A DNA stretch of 64,000 nucleotides, from assembly GCA_963751085.1 (NCBI GenBank), contig CAVVTH010000004.1:81551-145550 (forward strand), read 5' to 3'. Below, in pieces: positions 23,862 through 38,110 of the stretch. Numbering within the stretch: the first letter of the stretch is position 1; every line of letters begins with the position of its first letter. The notes under the pieces were generated by a model that was given only the letters and a program-made list of their open reading frames with translations, did no database searches and was not told where the DNA came from. A program made the position numbers and the translations under genes. The DNA comes from an uncultured Actinomycetota bacterium (GTDB lineage Bacteria > Actinomycetota > Actinomycetes > Actinomycetales > Dermatophilaceae).

Positions 23862-24213
23862 GGCCTCGTCCTGCCTGTCCGGGGTCGGGGTCGGGTCCGC
23901 GAAGGGGCGGATGTGGTTGCCAGTTCAACGAACTGGACGGCGGCCATCCTGCGACGGGCGCCTGTAAACCACCTGTGGTGACGCCGTGGCCGGCGGCCCG
24001 GTTCAGGCCCGAGCCGACCCGGTCTCACTCCTCGGACGCCGCGCGGCGGCTTCCGAATGCCATATCGACACATCACGAGTAGGACACGGACACGCTCAGG
24101 GCGGGTTGCGGGGCCGCCGAAGGGAACTACGCTGCCTCTCGCTCGCGGTTGTCGCGACGGGGCCTGGGGGGCTCCCAGTCCACATCTCCCAGCCCGAATC
24201 TCCAGGAGGATCT

Positions 24214-25447
24214 GTGCACCAACGTTCCATCGTCCGGATCGGGGTTCCGCTCGCCGTCGCGGCGCTCGCCCTGTCCGCCTGCGGCTCCCGCGGCGACTCC
24301 GGCACACCCAGTGGCGGCGGCAGCGGCGGCGGCGGCGGCGCGACCAAGACGGCCAAGATCGGCGTCATCGCCCCGCTTTCGGGTGACCTCTCGGCCCTGG
24401 GCAAGGGCATCCAGCACTCCGTCGAGCTCGCCGTCAAGCAGGCCAACGACAACAACACCGTGCCCGGGCTGGAAGCTCGAGGTCTCCTCGGTCGACGACC
24501 AGGCCCAGGCCGACGTCGGCAAGAACGCCGCCACCAAGCTGGCCGCGGACGACCAGGTCGTCGGCGTCGTCGGCGACCTCAACTCCAGCGTTAGCCAGCA
24601 GACCCAGCCGATCTTCGCGGCGGCGAACATCACGCAGATCTCGCCGGCCAACACCAACCCGAGCCTCACCATCGGCGCGGACACCGCGAACCCGAAGCGG
24701 GCCTACAAGACCTACTTCCGCACCTGCACCACCGACGCGGTACAGGGCCCGTTCGCCGCGCGCTACCTCCTCGCGCAGGGCATCAAGAACGTCGCGACGA
24801 TCCACGACAAGAAGGCCTATGGCCAGGGTCTCGTCGACGCCTTCACCACCGAGTTCAAGAAGGGCGGCGGCACGATCGTCGACGCCGAGACCATCAACCC
24901 CGACGAGTCGAACTACCAGGCCGTCGTGTCCAAGGTCGCCCCGGCCAAGCCGCAGGCCGTCTACTACGGCGGTGAGTACCCGCAGGCTGGCCCGCTCTCG
25001 CAGCAGATGAAGTCCTCCGGTCTCAACGTCCCCCTGATGGGTGGCGACGGCATCTACGACCCGAAGTACATCGACCTCGCCGGCTCCACCAGCAACGGTG
25101 ACCTCGCCACGTCGGTCGGGGCTCCGACCGACAGCACCGACGCGGGCAAGAAGTTCCTGTCGGAGTACCAGGCGGCCGGCTACGCCGAGCCGTCGGCGGC
25201 CTACGGCGGCTACTCGTACGACGCGGCCAACGCCATCATCCAGGGCCTCAAGTCCTCGCTGGCCAGCGCCAGTGACGCCAAGTCGGCTCGCACCGCGACG
25301 ATCGACGCGGTCGGCAAGGTCTCGTTCGACGGCGTGACCGGCAAGGTCTCCTTCGACCAGTACGGCGACTCGACGAGCAAGGTGCTGACCGTCTACAAGG
25401 TCGACGCGGGCAAGTGGGTCGCGGCGAAGACGGACACCTTCAAGTAA
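24214..25447 (+). CDS. Branched-chain amino acid ABC transporter substrate-binding lipoprotein, frameshift near 24465
   Basis: AGGAGG RBS with GTG, LSAC lipobox, KIGVIAPLSG, DDQA, QISPANT, HDKKAYGQG, GGDG, YSYDAA. Confidence 0.9.
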
Positions 25448-25460
25448 GTAGCGCCAACGA

Positions 25461-25496
25461 CACGAGGGCGGGCTTTTCGACAAGCCCGCCCTCGTG
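25461..25496 (+). terminator. Perfect 15-bp stem-loop after the SBP gene (terminator or mRNA stabiliser)
   Basis: CACGAGGGCGGGCTT-TTCGAC-AAGCCCGCCCTCGTG. Confidence 0.8.
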
Positions 25497-25661
25497 CTGT
25501 CCCGGGGTGCACAATGCCCGCGGGCGGACAGTATGCGGCGACATGCGGCGAGACGAGTGGCAGCGGAACGAGTGGGAACGCGGACGGCCGGTTACGGCCA
25601 GTGAGGAAGCTCCTGTGACGGCTCAGCAACCCAGTCCGGCGGTCATCGCGGTGGTGGCCGC

Positions 25662-26585
25662 ATGACCGAGGTTCTCCAACAGCTGGCCAACGGGCTGACC
25701 CTCGGGTCCCTGTACGCCCTCATCGCGGTCGGCTACACCGTGGTCTACGGCATCGTCCAGCTCATCAACTTCGCGCACGGCGAGATCTTCATGATCGGGG
25801 CCTTCGGGGCCCTGGCCACCTGGAGCGCGCTGTTCCAAGGCACCTTGGCCCTCTGGGTGCTCCCCATCATGATGGTCGGCGCGATCATCGCCTCGGTCGC
25901 CGTCGCCGTGATCATGGAGCGCTTCGCCTACCGGCCGCTGCGGAACGCGCCGCGGCTGGCCCCGCTCATCACCGCCATCGGGGTCTCGGTGTTCCTGCAG
26001 GAGGCGGTCCGGCTCTTCTACCCCGGAGCCAAGAGCAAGCTGCCGTTCCCGCCGATCGACGTCGTGACCGGCCCGGCGCTCCAGGTCGGCGGCCTGACGA
26101 TCCAGCGGGCGGCGATCTTCACCGTCGGTGCCCTGGTCATCTGCGCCGCCCTGCTCTACTACTTCGTCAACCGGACCAAGCTCGGGCGCGCCATGCAGGC
26201 CGTCTCGCAGGACCCGGACACCGCCCGGCTCATGGGCATCAACGTCGACCGGATCATCGTCGTCGCCTTCATCCTGGGCGCCGTCCTGGCCGCCGTGGCC
26301 GGCGTCGCCCAGGGGCTGCAGAACCAGAACATCGACTTCCGGATCGGCTTCCTGGCCGGCCTCAAGGCGTTCACCGCCGCCGTCCTCGGCGGGATCGGCA
26401 ACATCCAGGGCGCCGTCCTCGGCGGCCTGGTCCTCGGCGTGGTGGAGGCCTTGGCCACGCAGTTCATCCCCGGCCAGTTCGGCGGGTCGGCCTGGAAGGA
26501 CGTGTGGGCCTTCGTGCTCCTCATCATCGTCCTCGTCTTCCGGCCCCAAGGCCTCCTCGGCGCAAGGGTGGTGGACCGGGCATGA
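25662..26585 (+). CDS. livH: Branched-chain amino acid ABC permease LivH
   Basis: QQLANGLTLGSLYALIAVGYTVVYGI..INFAHGE, KAFTAAVLGGIG, RPQGLLG. Confidence 0.93.
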   Translation: MTEVLQQLANGLTLGSLYALIAVGYTVVYGIVQLINFAHGEIFMIGAFGALATWSALFQGTLALWVLPIMMVGAIIASVAVAVIMERFAYRPLRNAPRLAPLITAIGVSVFLQEAVRLFYPGAKSKLPFPPIDVVTGPALQVGGLTIQRAAIFTVGALVICAALLYYFVNRTKLGRAMQAVSQDPDTARLMGINVDRIIVVAFILGAVLAAVAGVAQGLQNQNIDFRIGFLAGLKAFTAAVLGGIGNIQGAVLGGLVLGVVEALATQFIPGQFGGSAWKDVWAFVLLIIVLVFRPQGLLGARVVDRA

Positions 26586-28284
26586 ACGATCGACTCGACG
26601 CACTGCGCCTGCGCTACGGACGCCTCGGCTGGCCCGTCGCGCTCGCCGGGGCGGTCCTCCTCGCGTCGAGCACCTTCCTGTCCTGGAGCTACGTCAGCAC
26701 GATCCTCGGCGGACCTCTCGGTGTACGCCTACCCCGGCGACCGTCCAGCTGTTCGCCCTGGTCCTCGCCCTTGTCGCCATCGGGTTCCTGCTCATGTACC
26801 GCGGGCCGCTTCACCGGCTGGGTAACTGGTTCACCTCGGCACACGCGGTGCGCTCGCTGGGCCTCGGCGCGGCTGCGCTGATGACGCTGGTCCTGCTGCT
26901 GATCGCCGTGCAGAGCGGCGGCCTGATCAACATCGACCCCGGCGGCTGGGTTGGCTGGGTGGGCAGCCTGCTGCTGGCCGCCGGCGGCCTGCTGCTCGAG
27001 GTCCGCGCCCACCGGGACCCCATCCACGCCCGGCTGCCCGGGTGGGTCGAGATCCTCGTCATCGTCATCCTGCTGGCCGCTGGCGCTGTTCGGCTCCGCG
27101 TTCGCGCTCGGCCAGGAGGACGGCAGCGTGTTCCTGCTCTTCTTCGTCGCCCTCGGAACGGTCATCTGGGCGCTCGCCTCGAGCGGGTTCTTCACGTGGA
27201 TCGGCATCATCGCGTCCCGGCACCGCCGCGTCCTCATGCTCGGCGCGTTCGTCGTGGCGTTCCTGTTCCCGTTCACCCAGGGCGGCTCCGACGCGAACAT
27301 GTCGATCGCCACCCAGGTGATCATCTTCGCCGCGACCGCGCTCGGGCTGAACATCGTCGTCGGCCTGGCCGGCCTGCTCGACCTCGGCTACATCGCCTTC
27401 CTCGGCGCCGGGCGCCTACACGGCGGCAGTGCTCTCCGACTCGGCGTTCGCGACCCTCCACTGGAAGCCGCCGTTCCTCCTCGTCGTGCTCCTCGGCGCC
27501 TGCGTGTCGGCCACGCCTCGGCCTGATCATCGGCACGCCGACGCTGCGGGTCTCGGGCGACTACCTCGCCATCGTCACGCTCGCCTTCGGAGAGATCTTC
27601 CGGCTGGCGATGGGCAACCTCGACGGCAACAACGGGCCGAACCTCACCCGCGGCCCGAACGGCATCCCCGCCATCCCGGACCTCGTGGTCTTCGGCTGGG
27701 ACTTCGGCGAGACGCATACCGTCGCTGGCATCCAGCTCGGCCGGTTCGCGAACTACTACTTCCTGCTGCTGGTCCTCGCCGCCTTCGTCATCACTGATCT
27801 TCACCCGGCTGAACAACAGCCGGATCGGACGCGGGTGGGTCGCCATCCGGGAGGACGAGAAGGCCGCCGAGGCGATGGGGGTCAACGTCTTCGGGCTCAA
27901 GCTGTTCGCGTTCTCCAGCGGCGCGTTCCTCGCCGGCATGGCGGGGACCGTCAAGGCCCACCAGGACGTGTCGGTCACGCCCGACCAGTACGTGTTCCTC
28001 AACAGCGCGTTCCTGCTCGCCGCGATCGTCCTCGGCGGCATGGGCACTGTCGCCGGCGTGCTCATCGGCTCGGCCATCCTCCAGGTGCTGCCGGAGAAGC
28101 TGCGGTTCATCTCCGACTACCGGCTGCTGATCTTCGGGCTGCTGCTCGTCATCATGATGCGGTTCCGGCCGGAGGGCATCATCGCCAGCCAGCGGCGCAA
28201 GCTGGAGTTCCACGAGGAGGACGAGGAGCTCGCCGAACCCGGATCGAGGAGATCCACCTCGAGGAAGAGGAGGCGACGGCATGA
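26582..28284 (+). CDS. livM: Branched-chain amino acid ABC permease LivM with N-terminal extension, several frameshifts
   Basis: Fragments LGLNIVVGLAGLLDLGY, PTLRVSGDYLAIVTLAFGEI, AIREDE.AA.AMGVN and RPEGII. Confidence 0.85.
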
Positions 28285-29243
28285 CCGCCACGCCGACCAG
28301 ACCAGCCGGTATGCCGGTCCGCGACCGCGAGTTCGGGGAGACCGTCCTGCAGGCGAAGGGCGTCGTCATGCGGTTCGGCGGCCTCACCGCCGTCAACGAC
28401 GTCGACCTCAGCGTCCGCGAGGGCGAGATCGTCGGCCTGATCGGCCCCAACGGTGCCGGCAAGACGACCTTCTTCAACTGCCTCACCGGGCTCTACAAGC
28501 CGACCGAGGGCGAGGTGACGTTCAGGGGCTCGATCCTCCCGCCGAAGCCGCGCAAGGTCGTCCTCGCCGGGATGGCCCGGACCTTCCAGAACATCCGGCT
28601 GTTCGGCAACATGACGGCACTGGAGAACGTCATGGTCGGGCGTTACTGCCGCACCTCGGCCGCCGGCTTCACCTCGATCATCCGCGGACCGAAGTTCCGC
28701 CGCGAGGAGGCCGAGACCCGGACGCGGGCCCAGGAGCTCCTCGACTACGTCGGCCTCGGCGCGTCGACCGAGTTCCTCGCCCGCAACATGCCCTACGGCG
28801 ACCAGCGGCGGCTGGAGATCGCCCGTGCGCTGGCCACGGACCCTCAGCTGCTGCTCCTCGACGAGCCGACCGCGGGCATGAACCCGCAGGAGACCCGTCA
28901 GGCCATGGAGCTGATCTTCAAGATCCGCGACAGCGGCCTCGCCGTCGTCGTCATCGAGCACGACATGCGGTTCATCTTCACCCTGTGCGACCGGGTGCTC
29001 TGCCTGGTCCGCGGCGAGACGCTGGTCGAGGGCACGCCGGCCGAGGTGCAGTCCGACCCCCGGGTGATCGAGGCCTACATCGGCACCGGTGACGACGACG
29101 ACGAGGAGGCGGTGGAGGTCGAGCGCGAGCTGGACGAGCTGGACGAGCGGTTCCCGGCGGAGCACCCCGACGACGCCCGCCGGACCACCGACTACCCGCA
29201 GGACACCATGGGTCGCACCGAGGGTGAAGGAGGCCGGCAGTGA
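28281..29243 (+). CDS. livG: Branched-chain amino acid ABC ATPase LivG
   Basis: GPNGAGKTT, ARTFQNIRLF, YGDQRRLEIARAL, LLLDEPTAG. Confidence 0.93.
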   Translation: MTATPTRPAGMPVRDREFGETVLQAKGVVMRFGGLTAVNDVDLSVREGEIVGLIGPNGAGKTTFFNCLTGLYKPTEGEVTFRGSILPPKPRKVVLAGMARTFQNIRLFGNMTALENVMVGRYCRTSAAGFTSIIRGPKFRREEAETRTRAQELLDYVGLGASTEFLARNMPYGDQRRLEIARALATDPQLLLLDEPTAGMNPQETRQAMELIFKIRDSGLAVVVIEHDMRFIFTLCDRVLCLVRGETLVEGTPAEVQSDPRVIEAYIGTGDDDDEEAVEVERELDELDERFPAEHPDDARRTTDYPQDTMGRTEGEGGRQ

Positions 29244-29956
29244 CCGCCATGCTCGAGGTGCGGGACCTGCGGGTCGCCTACGGCAAGATCGAGGCGGTCA
29301 AGGGCATCAGCTTCACGGTCGAGGAGGGCCAGGTCGTCACGCTGATCGGCACGAACGGCGCCGGCAAGACGACGACGCTGCGGACCGTCTCGGGTCTGCT
29401 CCGGCCCAGCGGCGGCAGCATCACCTTCCAGGGCAAGCCGATCCACAGCGTCGCCGCCCACGACATCGTCGCTCTCGGCATCGCCCACTCCCCCGAGGGC
29501 CGCCGGATCTTCCCGCGGCTCAGCGTCGAGGAGAACCTCATCCTCGGCGCCTTCGCCCGTAAGGACACCGCCCAGATCCGCACGGACCTGCACGCCGCAT
29601 ACGACCTCTTCCCGATCCTCGGGGAGCGCTCGAAGCAGCCGGCCGGCACCTTCTCCGGCGGCGAGCAGCAGATGCTCGCGATGGGCCGGGCGATGATGAG
29701 CCGGCCGAAGCTGCTGATGCTGGACGAGCCGTCGATGGGCCTGTCGCCGCTGATGATGAAGCGGATCATGTCGACCGTCCGGACCCTGCAGTCGCAGGGC
29801 ACGACGATCCTGCTCGTCGAGCAGAACGCCCAGGCGGCGCTCAAGCTGGCCGACCACGGCTACGTGCTCGAGGTGGGCAAGATCGTCCTCGACGGCACCG
29901 GCCAGGAGCTGCTGGCCAGCGACGACGTGCGCAAGGCCTACCTCGGCGAGGACTGA
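29240..29956 (+). CDS. livF: Branched-chain amino acid ABC ATPase LivF
   Basis: GTNGAGKTT, PEGRRIF, SGGEQQML, LDEPSMGL, LVEQN, AYLG. Confidence 0.95.
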   Translation: MTAMLEVRDLRVAYGKIEAVKGISFTVEEGQVVTLIGTNGAGKTTTLRTVSGLLRPSGGSITFQGKPIHSVAAHDIVALGIAHSPEGRRIFPRLSVEENLILGAFARKDTAQIRTDLHAAYDLFPILGERSKQPAGTFSGGEQQMLAMGRAMMSRPKLLMLDEPSMGLSPLMMKRIMSTVRTLQSQGTTILLVEQNAQAALKLADHGYVLEVGKIVLDGTGQELLASDDVRKAYLGED

Positions 29957-30021
29957 GCCGACCTGCGAGGACAGAGCAGGACCCGCCCGACACGACACCA
30001 CCCCTCGACGAAGGAGTCGTC

Positions 30022-30312
30022 ATGAGCACGCTCAACACGGTCGCCCTGATCCGCGCTCGCCCCGGATCGGAGTCGGTGGTGCGGGCCGCGCTCGCCGAGC
30101 TCCAGGTCCACACCCGCGCCGAGGAGGGCTGCCGGCGCTACGACCTGTTCGAGTCGGCGGCGACGCCGGGCACCTACGTCACCCTCGAGGAGTGGACCGA
30201 CCAGGCCGCCCTCGACCAGCACCTGGGCTCCGCCCACATCGCGGCGGCGCTCACCGCGGTCGACGGCGCCCTCACCGGCCCGCCGGAGATCCACCCGCTG
30301 GCCCCCGCCTGA
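30022..30312 (+). CDS. ABM-family putative quinol monooxygenase
   Basis: TRAEEGC..YDL, E.W...AL..H pattern. AAGGAG RBS. Confidence 0.85.
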   Translation: MSTLNTVALIRARPGSESVVRAALAELQVHTRAEEGCRRYDLFESAATPGTYVTLEEWTDQAALDQHLGSAHIAAALTAVDGALTGPPEIHPLAPA

Positions 30313-30337
30313 ACGAAACTCACCTCGGCGCTGCCCT

Positions 30338-30394
30338 CGGCAGTTAGCTCGCCGCTCGGCAGATATTTCTGCCCAGCCGACCGGCTAACTGCCG
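30338..30394. terminator. Nested inverted repeat between convergent ABM and uvrA genes
   Basis: CGGCAGTTAGC..GCTAACTGCCG encloses GGCAGA-TATT-TCTGCC. Confidence 0.6.
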
Positions 30395-30395
30395 G

Positions 30396-33516
<3,121 letters not shown>

Positions 33517-33522
33517 TGCACA

Positions 33523-33544
33523 ACCCTAAGCGCCGACACCGACA
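33523..33544 (-). promoter_or_regulatory. PafBC/RecA-NDp promoter of uvrA (leaderless)
   Basis: TGTCGG-tgtcggcgct-TAGGGT, then 6 nt to GTG 33516. Confidence 0.85.
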
Positions 33545-33583
33545 GCCGGTAACCATGACCGCGGGCCCCGGTGACCCGTGCGG

Positions 33584-34753
33584 TTATGCACCCCAGCCGG
33601 CCTGGGTGCCGCCGACCCGGCCGGCCTCGATCTCCTCCTGGTAGCCGGAATCCGCATACGCGCGCATCGGGTCGCCCGGCAGCCCCCGCGACTCGCGCCA
33701 GGCGGCGAGAGCGGGGCGCACGTCGGTGTAGAACGCGTCCATGACCACCGCGTTGGCGCCCAGCACGTCACCGTCGGCCTGCGCGGTGGCCAGCGCGTCG
33801 CGGTCGACGAGCAAGGCGCGGGCGGTCATCTCCTGCACGTTGAGGACCGACCGGATCTGGCCGGGGATCTTCTTCTCGATGTTGTGGCACTGGTCGAGCA
33901 TGAACGCGACCCCGGACGCCCGCCCGTACCCGCCGCCGCGCACCACCTCGAACAGGATGCGAAACAGCTGGAACGGGTCCGCCGCCCCGACGATGAGGTC
34001 GTCGTCGGCGTAGAACCGGCTGTTGAAGTCGAACGAACCGAGCTTCCCCAGCCGCAGCAGCTGGGCGACGATGAACTCGATGTTCGTGCCGGGGGCGTGG
34101 TGGCCGGTGTCGAGGCAGACGTACGCCTGGGGTCCCAGCTCGCTGACGTGGGCGAACGCCGTGCCCCAGTCGGGGACGTCGGTGTGGTAGAACGCCGGCT
34201 CGAAGAACTTGTACTCGAGCACCAGCCGCTGCGACTCGCCCAGGTGGCCGTAGATCTCGCGCAGCGACTCCAGCAGCCACTCCTGCCGGGACCGGATGTC
34301 ACCCTGGCCCGGGTAGTTCGTGCCGTCGGCGAGCCAGATCTTCAGGTCGCGTGAGCCGGTCCGCGCCATGACCTCGAGGCACTCGAGGTGGTGCTCGATG
34401 GCCCGCCGGCGCACGGCCTGGTCGGCGTGGGTAAGGGACCCGAGCTGGTACTCGTCGTCCTGGAAGGTGTTGGAGTTGACCGTCCCGAGGCTGACGCCGA
34501 GCGACTCGGCGTGGGCGCGAAGGGCGGCGTAGTCGTCGACCCTGTCCCACGGGATGTGCAGGGCCACCCGGGGCGCCAGCCCGGTCAGCTCGTGGACCTT
34601 GGCCGCGTCCGCGACCTTCTCGAACGGGTCGCGCGGCACCCCCGCCTGCGCGAACACCTTGAACCGGGTGCCGGAGTTGCCGAACGCCCACGAGGGCAGC
34701 TCGATCTCCTGCTCCTCCAGCTTCGCGAGGACCTCTGCTCCCAGCCCGTCCAT
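33584..34753 (-). CDS. rhaI: L-rhamnose isomerase (RhaI type)
   Basis: IELPSWAFGNSGTRF, LHIPWD, WLADGTNYPGQ, EYKFFEP, DTGHH, NSRFYADDDL, LDQCHNIE. Confidence 0.92.
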   Translation of the reverse strand: MDGLGAEVLAKLEEQEIELPSWAFGNSGTRFKVFAQAGVPRDPFEKVADAAKVHELTGLAPRVALHIPWDRVDDYAALRAHAESLGVSLGTVNSNTFQDDEYQLGSLTHADQAVRRRAIEHHLECLEVMARTGSRDLKIWLADGTNYPGQGDIRSRQEWLLESLREIYGHLGESQRLVLEYKFFEPAFYHTDVPDWGTAFAHVSELGPQAYVCLDTGHHAPGTNIEFIVAQLLRLGKLGSFDFNSRFYADDDLIVGAADPFQLFRILFEVVRGGGYGRASGVAFMLDQCHNIEKKIPGQIRSVLNVQEMTARALLVDRDALATAQADGDVLGANAVVMDAFYTDVRPALAAWRESRGLPGDPMRAYADSGYQEEIEAGRVGGTQAGWGA

Positions 34754-34848
34754 GGTCAGCTGCCTCCTTGGGGCGGTGTCGAGACGCTGGATGCTATCGC
34801 CGGTCGCGTTGCCCGGACGGACCGGCAGCGGACGCATACCCTCCTGGT

Positions 34849-36708
34849 ATGCCGCGCCACCCAGGGTCGGGACCCGCCGACCACCGCTCGCAACACGCCC
34901 GGTCCGCTCCGGGTGACAGCACCCTGATCCGCGACTACGCGGTCATCGGCGACATGAAGACCTGCGCCCTCGTCAGTCGCCGCGGGTCGGTCGACTGGCT
35001 GTGCCTCCCCCGGTTCGACTCGCCGTCCTGCTTCACGGCACTGCTCGGCACTCCGGAGCACGGCCGGTGGCTCATCGGTCCCGTGGGCGACGCCCGGTCG
35101 ACCCGTCGCTACGTCGGGGACACGTTCATCCTGGAGACGACCCACGAGACCGACACCGGTGTCGTCCGGGTCACCGACGTCATGCCCACCGGCGACGACC
35201 GGGCCGACATCGTGCGGACGGTGGAGGGCGTGTCGGGGACCGTACGGATGCACCACGAGTGGGTCGTGCGGTTCTCCTACGGGAAGATCACGCCTTGGGT
35301 GAGCCGCCACCACGGTCCCGGCGGAGCGCAGGACAAGGTCATCACGGCCGTCGCGGGCCCCGACATGCTCGTGCTCCGCGGCGACCGCCTCCCCCACGCC
35401 CACGACGGCAAGCACGTCGACGACTTCGATGTGGCCGCGGGCGACCGGCTGGTCTTCTCCACGACCTGGTCGCCGTCGCACCTGTCGGTCCGCGAGCGCC
35501 TCGGCAGCGACGCCATCGTCGAGAACACCCGCGAGGAGTGGCAGGAGTGGGCCGACCGGCTGGAGTACCGGGGTCCCTACCGCGACGCGCTCATCCGGTC
35601 GTTGCTGGTGCTGCGGCTGCTCACCCATTCCGAGACCGGCGGCATCGTCGCCGCGCCGACGACCAGCCTGCCCGAGGACGTCGGCGGCACCCGCAACTGG
35701 GACTACCGGTACTGCTGGCTGCGTGACGCGTCCCTGACCCTCGAGGCGCTGATGGGCGCGGGCTTCGTCGACGAGACGAAGCTGTGGCGCCGCTGGCTGA
35801 TCCGGGCGGTCGCCGGTGACCCCGAGGACCTCCAGATCATGTACGCCGTCGACGGGTCACGAGACCTGCCCGAGCGGGAGGTCGGACACCTGCCGGGCTA
35901 CGCGCACTCCAGGCCGGTGCGAATCGGCAACGCCGCCGTGAGCCAGCGCCAGACCGACGTTCTCGGCGAGGTGATGATGGCGCTCTCCGAGGGCCGCGAC
36001 CACGGGCTGAAGGAGTCGGAGCGGTCCTGGAGCATCCAGCGGTCGCTGGTCGAGGAGCTCAGCCGCCGCTGGGACGAGCCGGACAACGGGCTCTGGGAGA
36101 TCCGCGGGCCGCTGCGCCACTTCACCCACTCGCGCGTCATGGTGTGGGCGGCGTTCGACCGCGCGATCCGAGGGGTCGAGAAGCACGGCCTGCCCGGACC
36201 GGTGGAGAAGTGGCGGGAGCTGCGGGACCGCGTGCGCGACGAGATCCTCACCAAGGGCTTCGACACCGAGCGCAACACCTTCACGCAGCACTACGAGACC
36301 GACGAGGTCGACGCCTCGCTGCTGCTCATCCCGATCTGCGGGTTCCTGCCGCCGGACGACCCCAAGGTGCTCGGCACCATCGACGCGATCGTCCAGGACC
36401 TCATGCACGACGGGCTCCTCCTGCGCTACCGCACGACCACCGGCGTCGACGGGCTCCCCGGGTCCGAGCACCCCTTCCTCGCCTGCTCGTTCTGGCTCGT
36501 CCAGGCGCTCGCGCTGGCCGGCCGGCAGGACGACGCCCGCAAGCTGATGGACCGGCTCGTCGCCCTGGTCAACGACGTCGGGCTGCTCTCCGAGGAGTAC
36601 GACCCGGCCGACCACCGGATGGTCGGCAACTACCCTCAGGCCTTCTCGCACCTGACTCTCATCGGTGCCGCTTACGCCCTGGCGGGCGTCGCTACGGTGA
36701 AGGCATGA
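34849..36708 (+). CDS. Glycoside hydrolase family 15 (trehalase/glucoamylase-like)
   Basis: DYAVIGD, WLCLPRFDS, AAPTTSLPE..GG.RNWDYRYCWLRD, GLWEIRG, GLLSEE, GNYPQAFSH. TACCCT-N6-ATG suggests a leaderless start. Confidence 0.93.
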   Translation: MPRHPGSGPADHRSQHARSAPGDSTLIRDYAVIGDMKTCALVSRRGSVDWLCLPRFDSPSCFTALLGTPEHGRWLIGPVGDARSTRRYVGDTFILETTHETDTGVVRVTDVMPTGDDRADIVRTVEGVSGTVRMHHEWVVRFSYGKITPWVSRHHGPGGAQDKVITAVAGPDMLVLRGDRLPHAHDGKHVDDFDVAAGDRLVFSTTWSPSHLSVRERLGSDAIVENTREEWQEWADRLEYRGPYRDALIRSLLVLRLLTHSETGGIVAAPTTSLPEDVGGTRNWDYRYCWLRDASLTLEALMGAGFVDETKLWRRWLIRAVAGDPEDLQIMYAVDGSRDLPEREVGHLPGYAHSRPVRIGNAAVSQRQTDVLGEVMMALSEGRDHGLKESERSWSIQRSLVEELSRRWDEPDNGLWEIRGPLRHFTHSRVMVWAAFDRAIRGVEKHGLPGPVEKWRELRDRVRDEILTKGFDTERNTFTQHYETDEVDASLLLIPICGFLPPDDPKVLGTIDAIVQDLMHDGLLLRYRTTTGVDGLPGSEHPFLACSFWLVQALALAGRQDDARKLMDRLVALVNDVGLLSEEYDPADHRMVGNYPQAFSHLTLIGAAYALAGVATVKA

Positions 36709-37422
36709 CGGACCCGACGACGACCCTCGACACCGACTTCCGGACCCACCTCGTCGCGGTCGACCGGCATACCGGCCTCCTCCTCGCCACCGCTCGCGCC
36801 CTCGACCCGGGCAGCATCGGCGCCGCGAGCCTCTGCCCGGGCTGGACCCGGGGCCACGTCCTCACCCACGTCGCGCGCAACGCCGACGCCCTCCGGGGCC
36901 TCGTCGCTCAACGCGACCACCGGGTCGACGAACCCGATGTACGCCAGCCCCGACTCGCGGGAGGCCGACATCGAGGCCGGCGCGGGGCGACCGTTGGCGG
37001 AGCAGGTGGCCGACGTCGAGAGCAGCGCGGAGCGGTTCCGGGCGGCGGCGGCGGACCTCACCGAGGAGGACGTCGACATCCTCCTGCTGGCGCGCAACAA
37101 CACCAAGGTCAAGGCGGGCTACCTGCCGTTCATGCGGCTGCGCGAGGTGGTGCTGCACCACGTCGACCTCGACGCCGGGTTCGGGTTCGCCCAGGTCGAC
37201 GACGAGGTGACGCTCGCACTCCTGCAGGACACCATCCGTCGGTTGCGCCGCAACCCCGAGACACCGTCGATGTCGCTGCGCAGCAACGAGGGCGACGTGT
37301 GGTCGATCGGAGACGGCCGGCCGGTCGTCTCCGGCACGCGGGCCGACCTCCTCGCCTGGCTGACCCGCGGCGTGACCTCCGGGATCGAGGGCGACCTCCC
37401 GACCATCCCCTCGCTGGGCTGA
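36705..37422 (+). CDS. Mycothiol-dependent maleylpyruvate isomerase family (DinB-like) protein, frameshift near 36910
   Basis: SLCPGWTRGHVLTHVARNAD, MY....R..DIE, RLREV.LHHVDL. Confidence 0.85.
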
Positions 37423-37423
37423 C

Positions 37424-38107
37424 ATGGCCGCCGACCGGTATGCGGGAGACGTCGCCCCGGGAGGTCCGGCCGAGGTGCGCGAGCTGCCCCGGCTCACCAT
37501 CCGCAAGTGCAGCGTGTCGTCGATGAGCAACAACGCCTACCTGCTGACCTGCCGGTCGACCGGTGCGCAGCTGCTCATCGACGCCGCCGACGAGCCGCAG
37601 CGGCTGTTGGCGCTGGTGGAGGAGGGTGGCGGCGGCCTCGAGGTCGTCGTGACGACGCACCAGCACTGGGACCACGTCCGGGCCCTCGAGGAGGTCGTCG
37701 CGGCGACCGGGGCGCGGACCGCGGCGGGGGCGGAGGACGCCGACGCCTTACCGGTGCCCGTGGACGACCGGCTCAGGCACGGCGACAGCGTCCGGTTCGG
37801 CGACGTGACGATGGACGTCGTGGCCCTGCGCGGGCATACCCCTGGGTCGGTGGCCCTGGCCTACCGCGACACCGCAGGACCCGGAGGGGTTCACCCACCT
37901 CTTCACCGGCGACTCGCTCTTCCCCGGTGGCGTGGGCAACACCAAGAACGCCGGCCAGAGCTTCGACTCGCTCTACCGCGACGTCACGGAGCGGGTGTTC
38001 GACGTCTACGCCGACGACACCTGGGTCTACCCCGGCCACGGCGGACGACACCACGCTCGGGCGTCGAACGCCCGCACCTCGACGAGTGGCGCGCCCGCGG
38101 CTGGTGA
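37424..38107 (+). CDS. MBL-fold metallo-hydrolase, compensating frameshifts
   Basis: NNAYLL, LLIDAA, THQHWDH, GHTPGS, with FTGDSLFPGG..VYPGHG in a shifted frame. Typical neighbour of uvrA. Confidence 0.88.
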   Translation: MAADRYAGDVAPGGPAEVRELPRLTIRKCSVSSMSNNAYLLTCRSTGAQLLIDAADEPQRLLALVEEGGGGLEVVVTTHQHWDHVRALEEVVAATGARTAAGAEDADALPVPVDDRLRHGDSVRFGDVTMDVVALRGHTPGSVALAYRDTAGPGGVHPPLHRRLALPRWRGQHQERRPELRLALPRRHGAGVRRLRRRHLGLPRPRRTTPRSGVERPHLDEWRARGW

Positions 38108-38110
38108 CGG

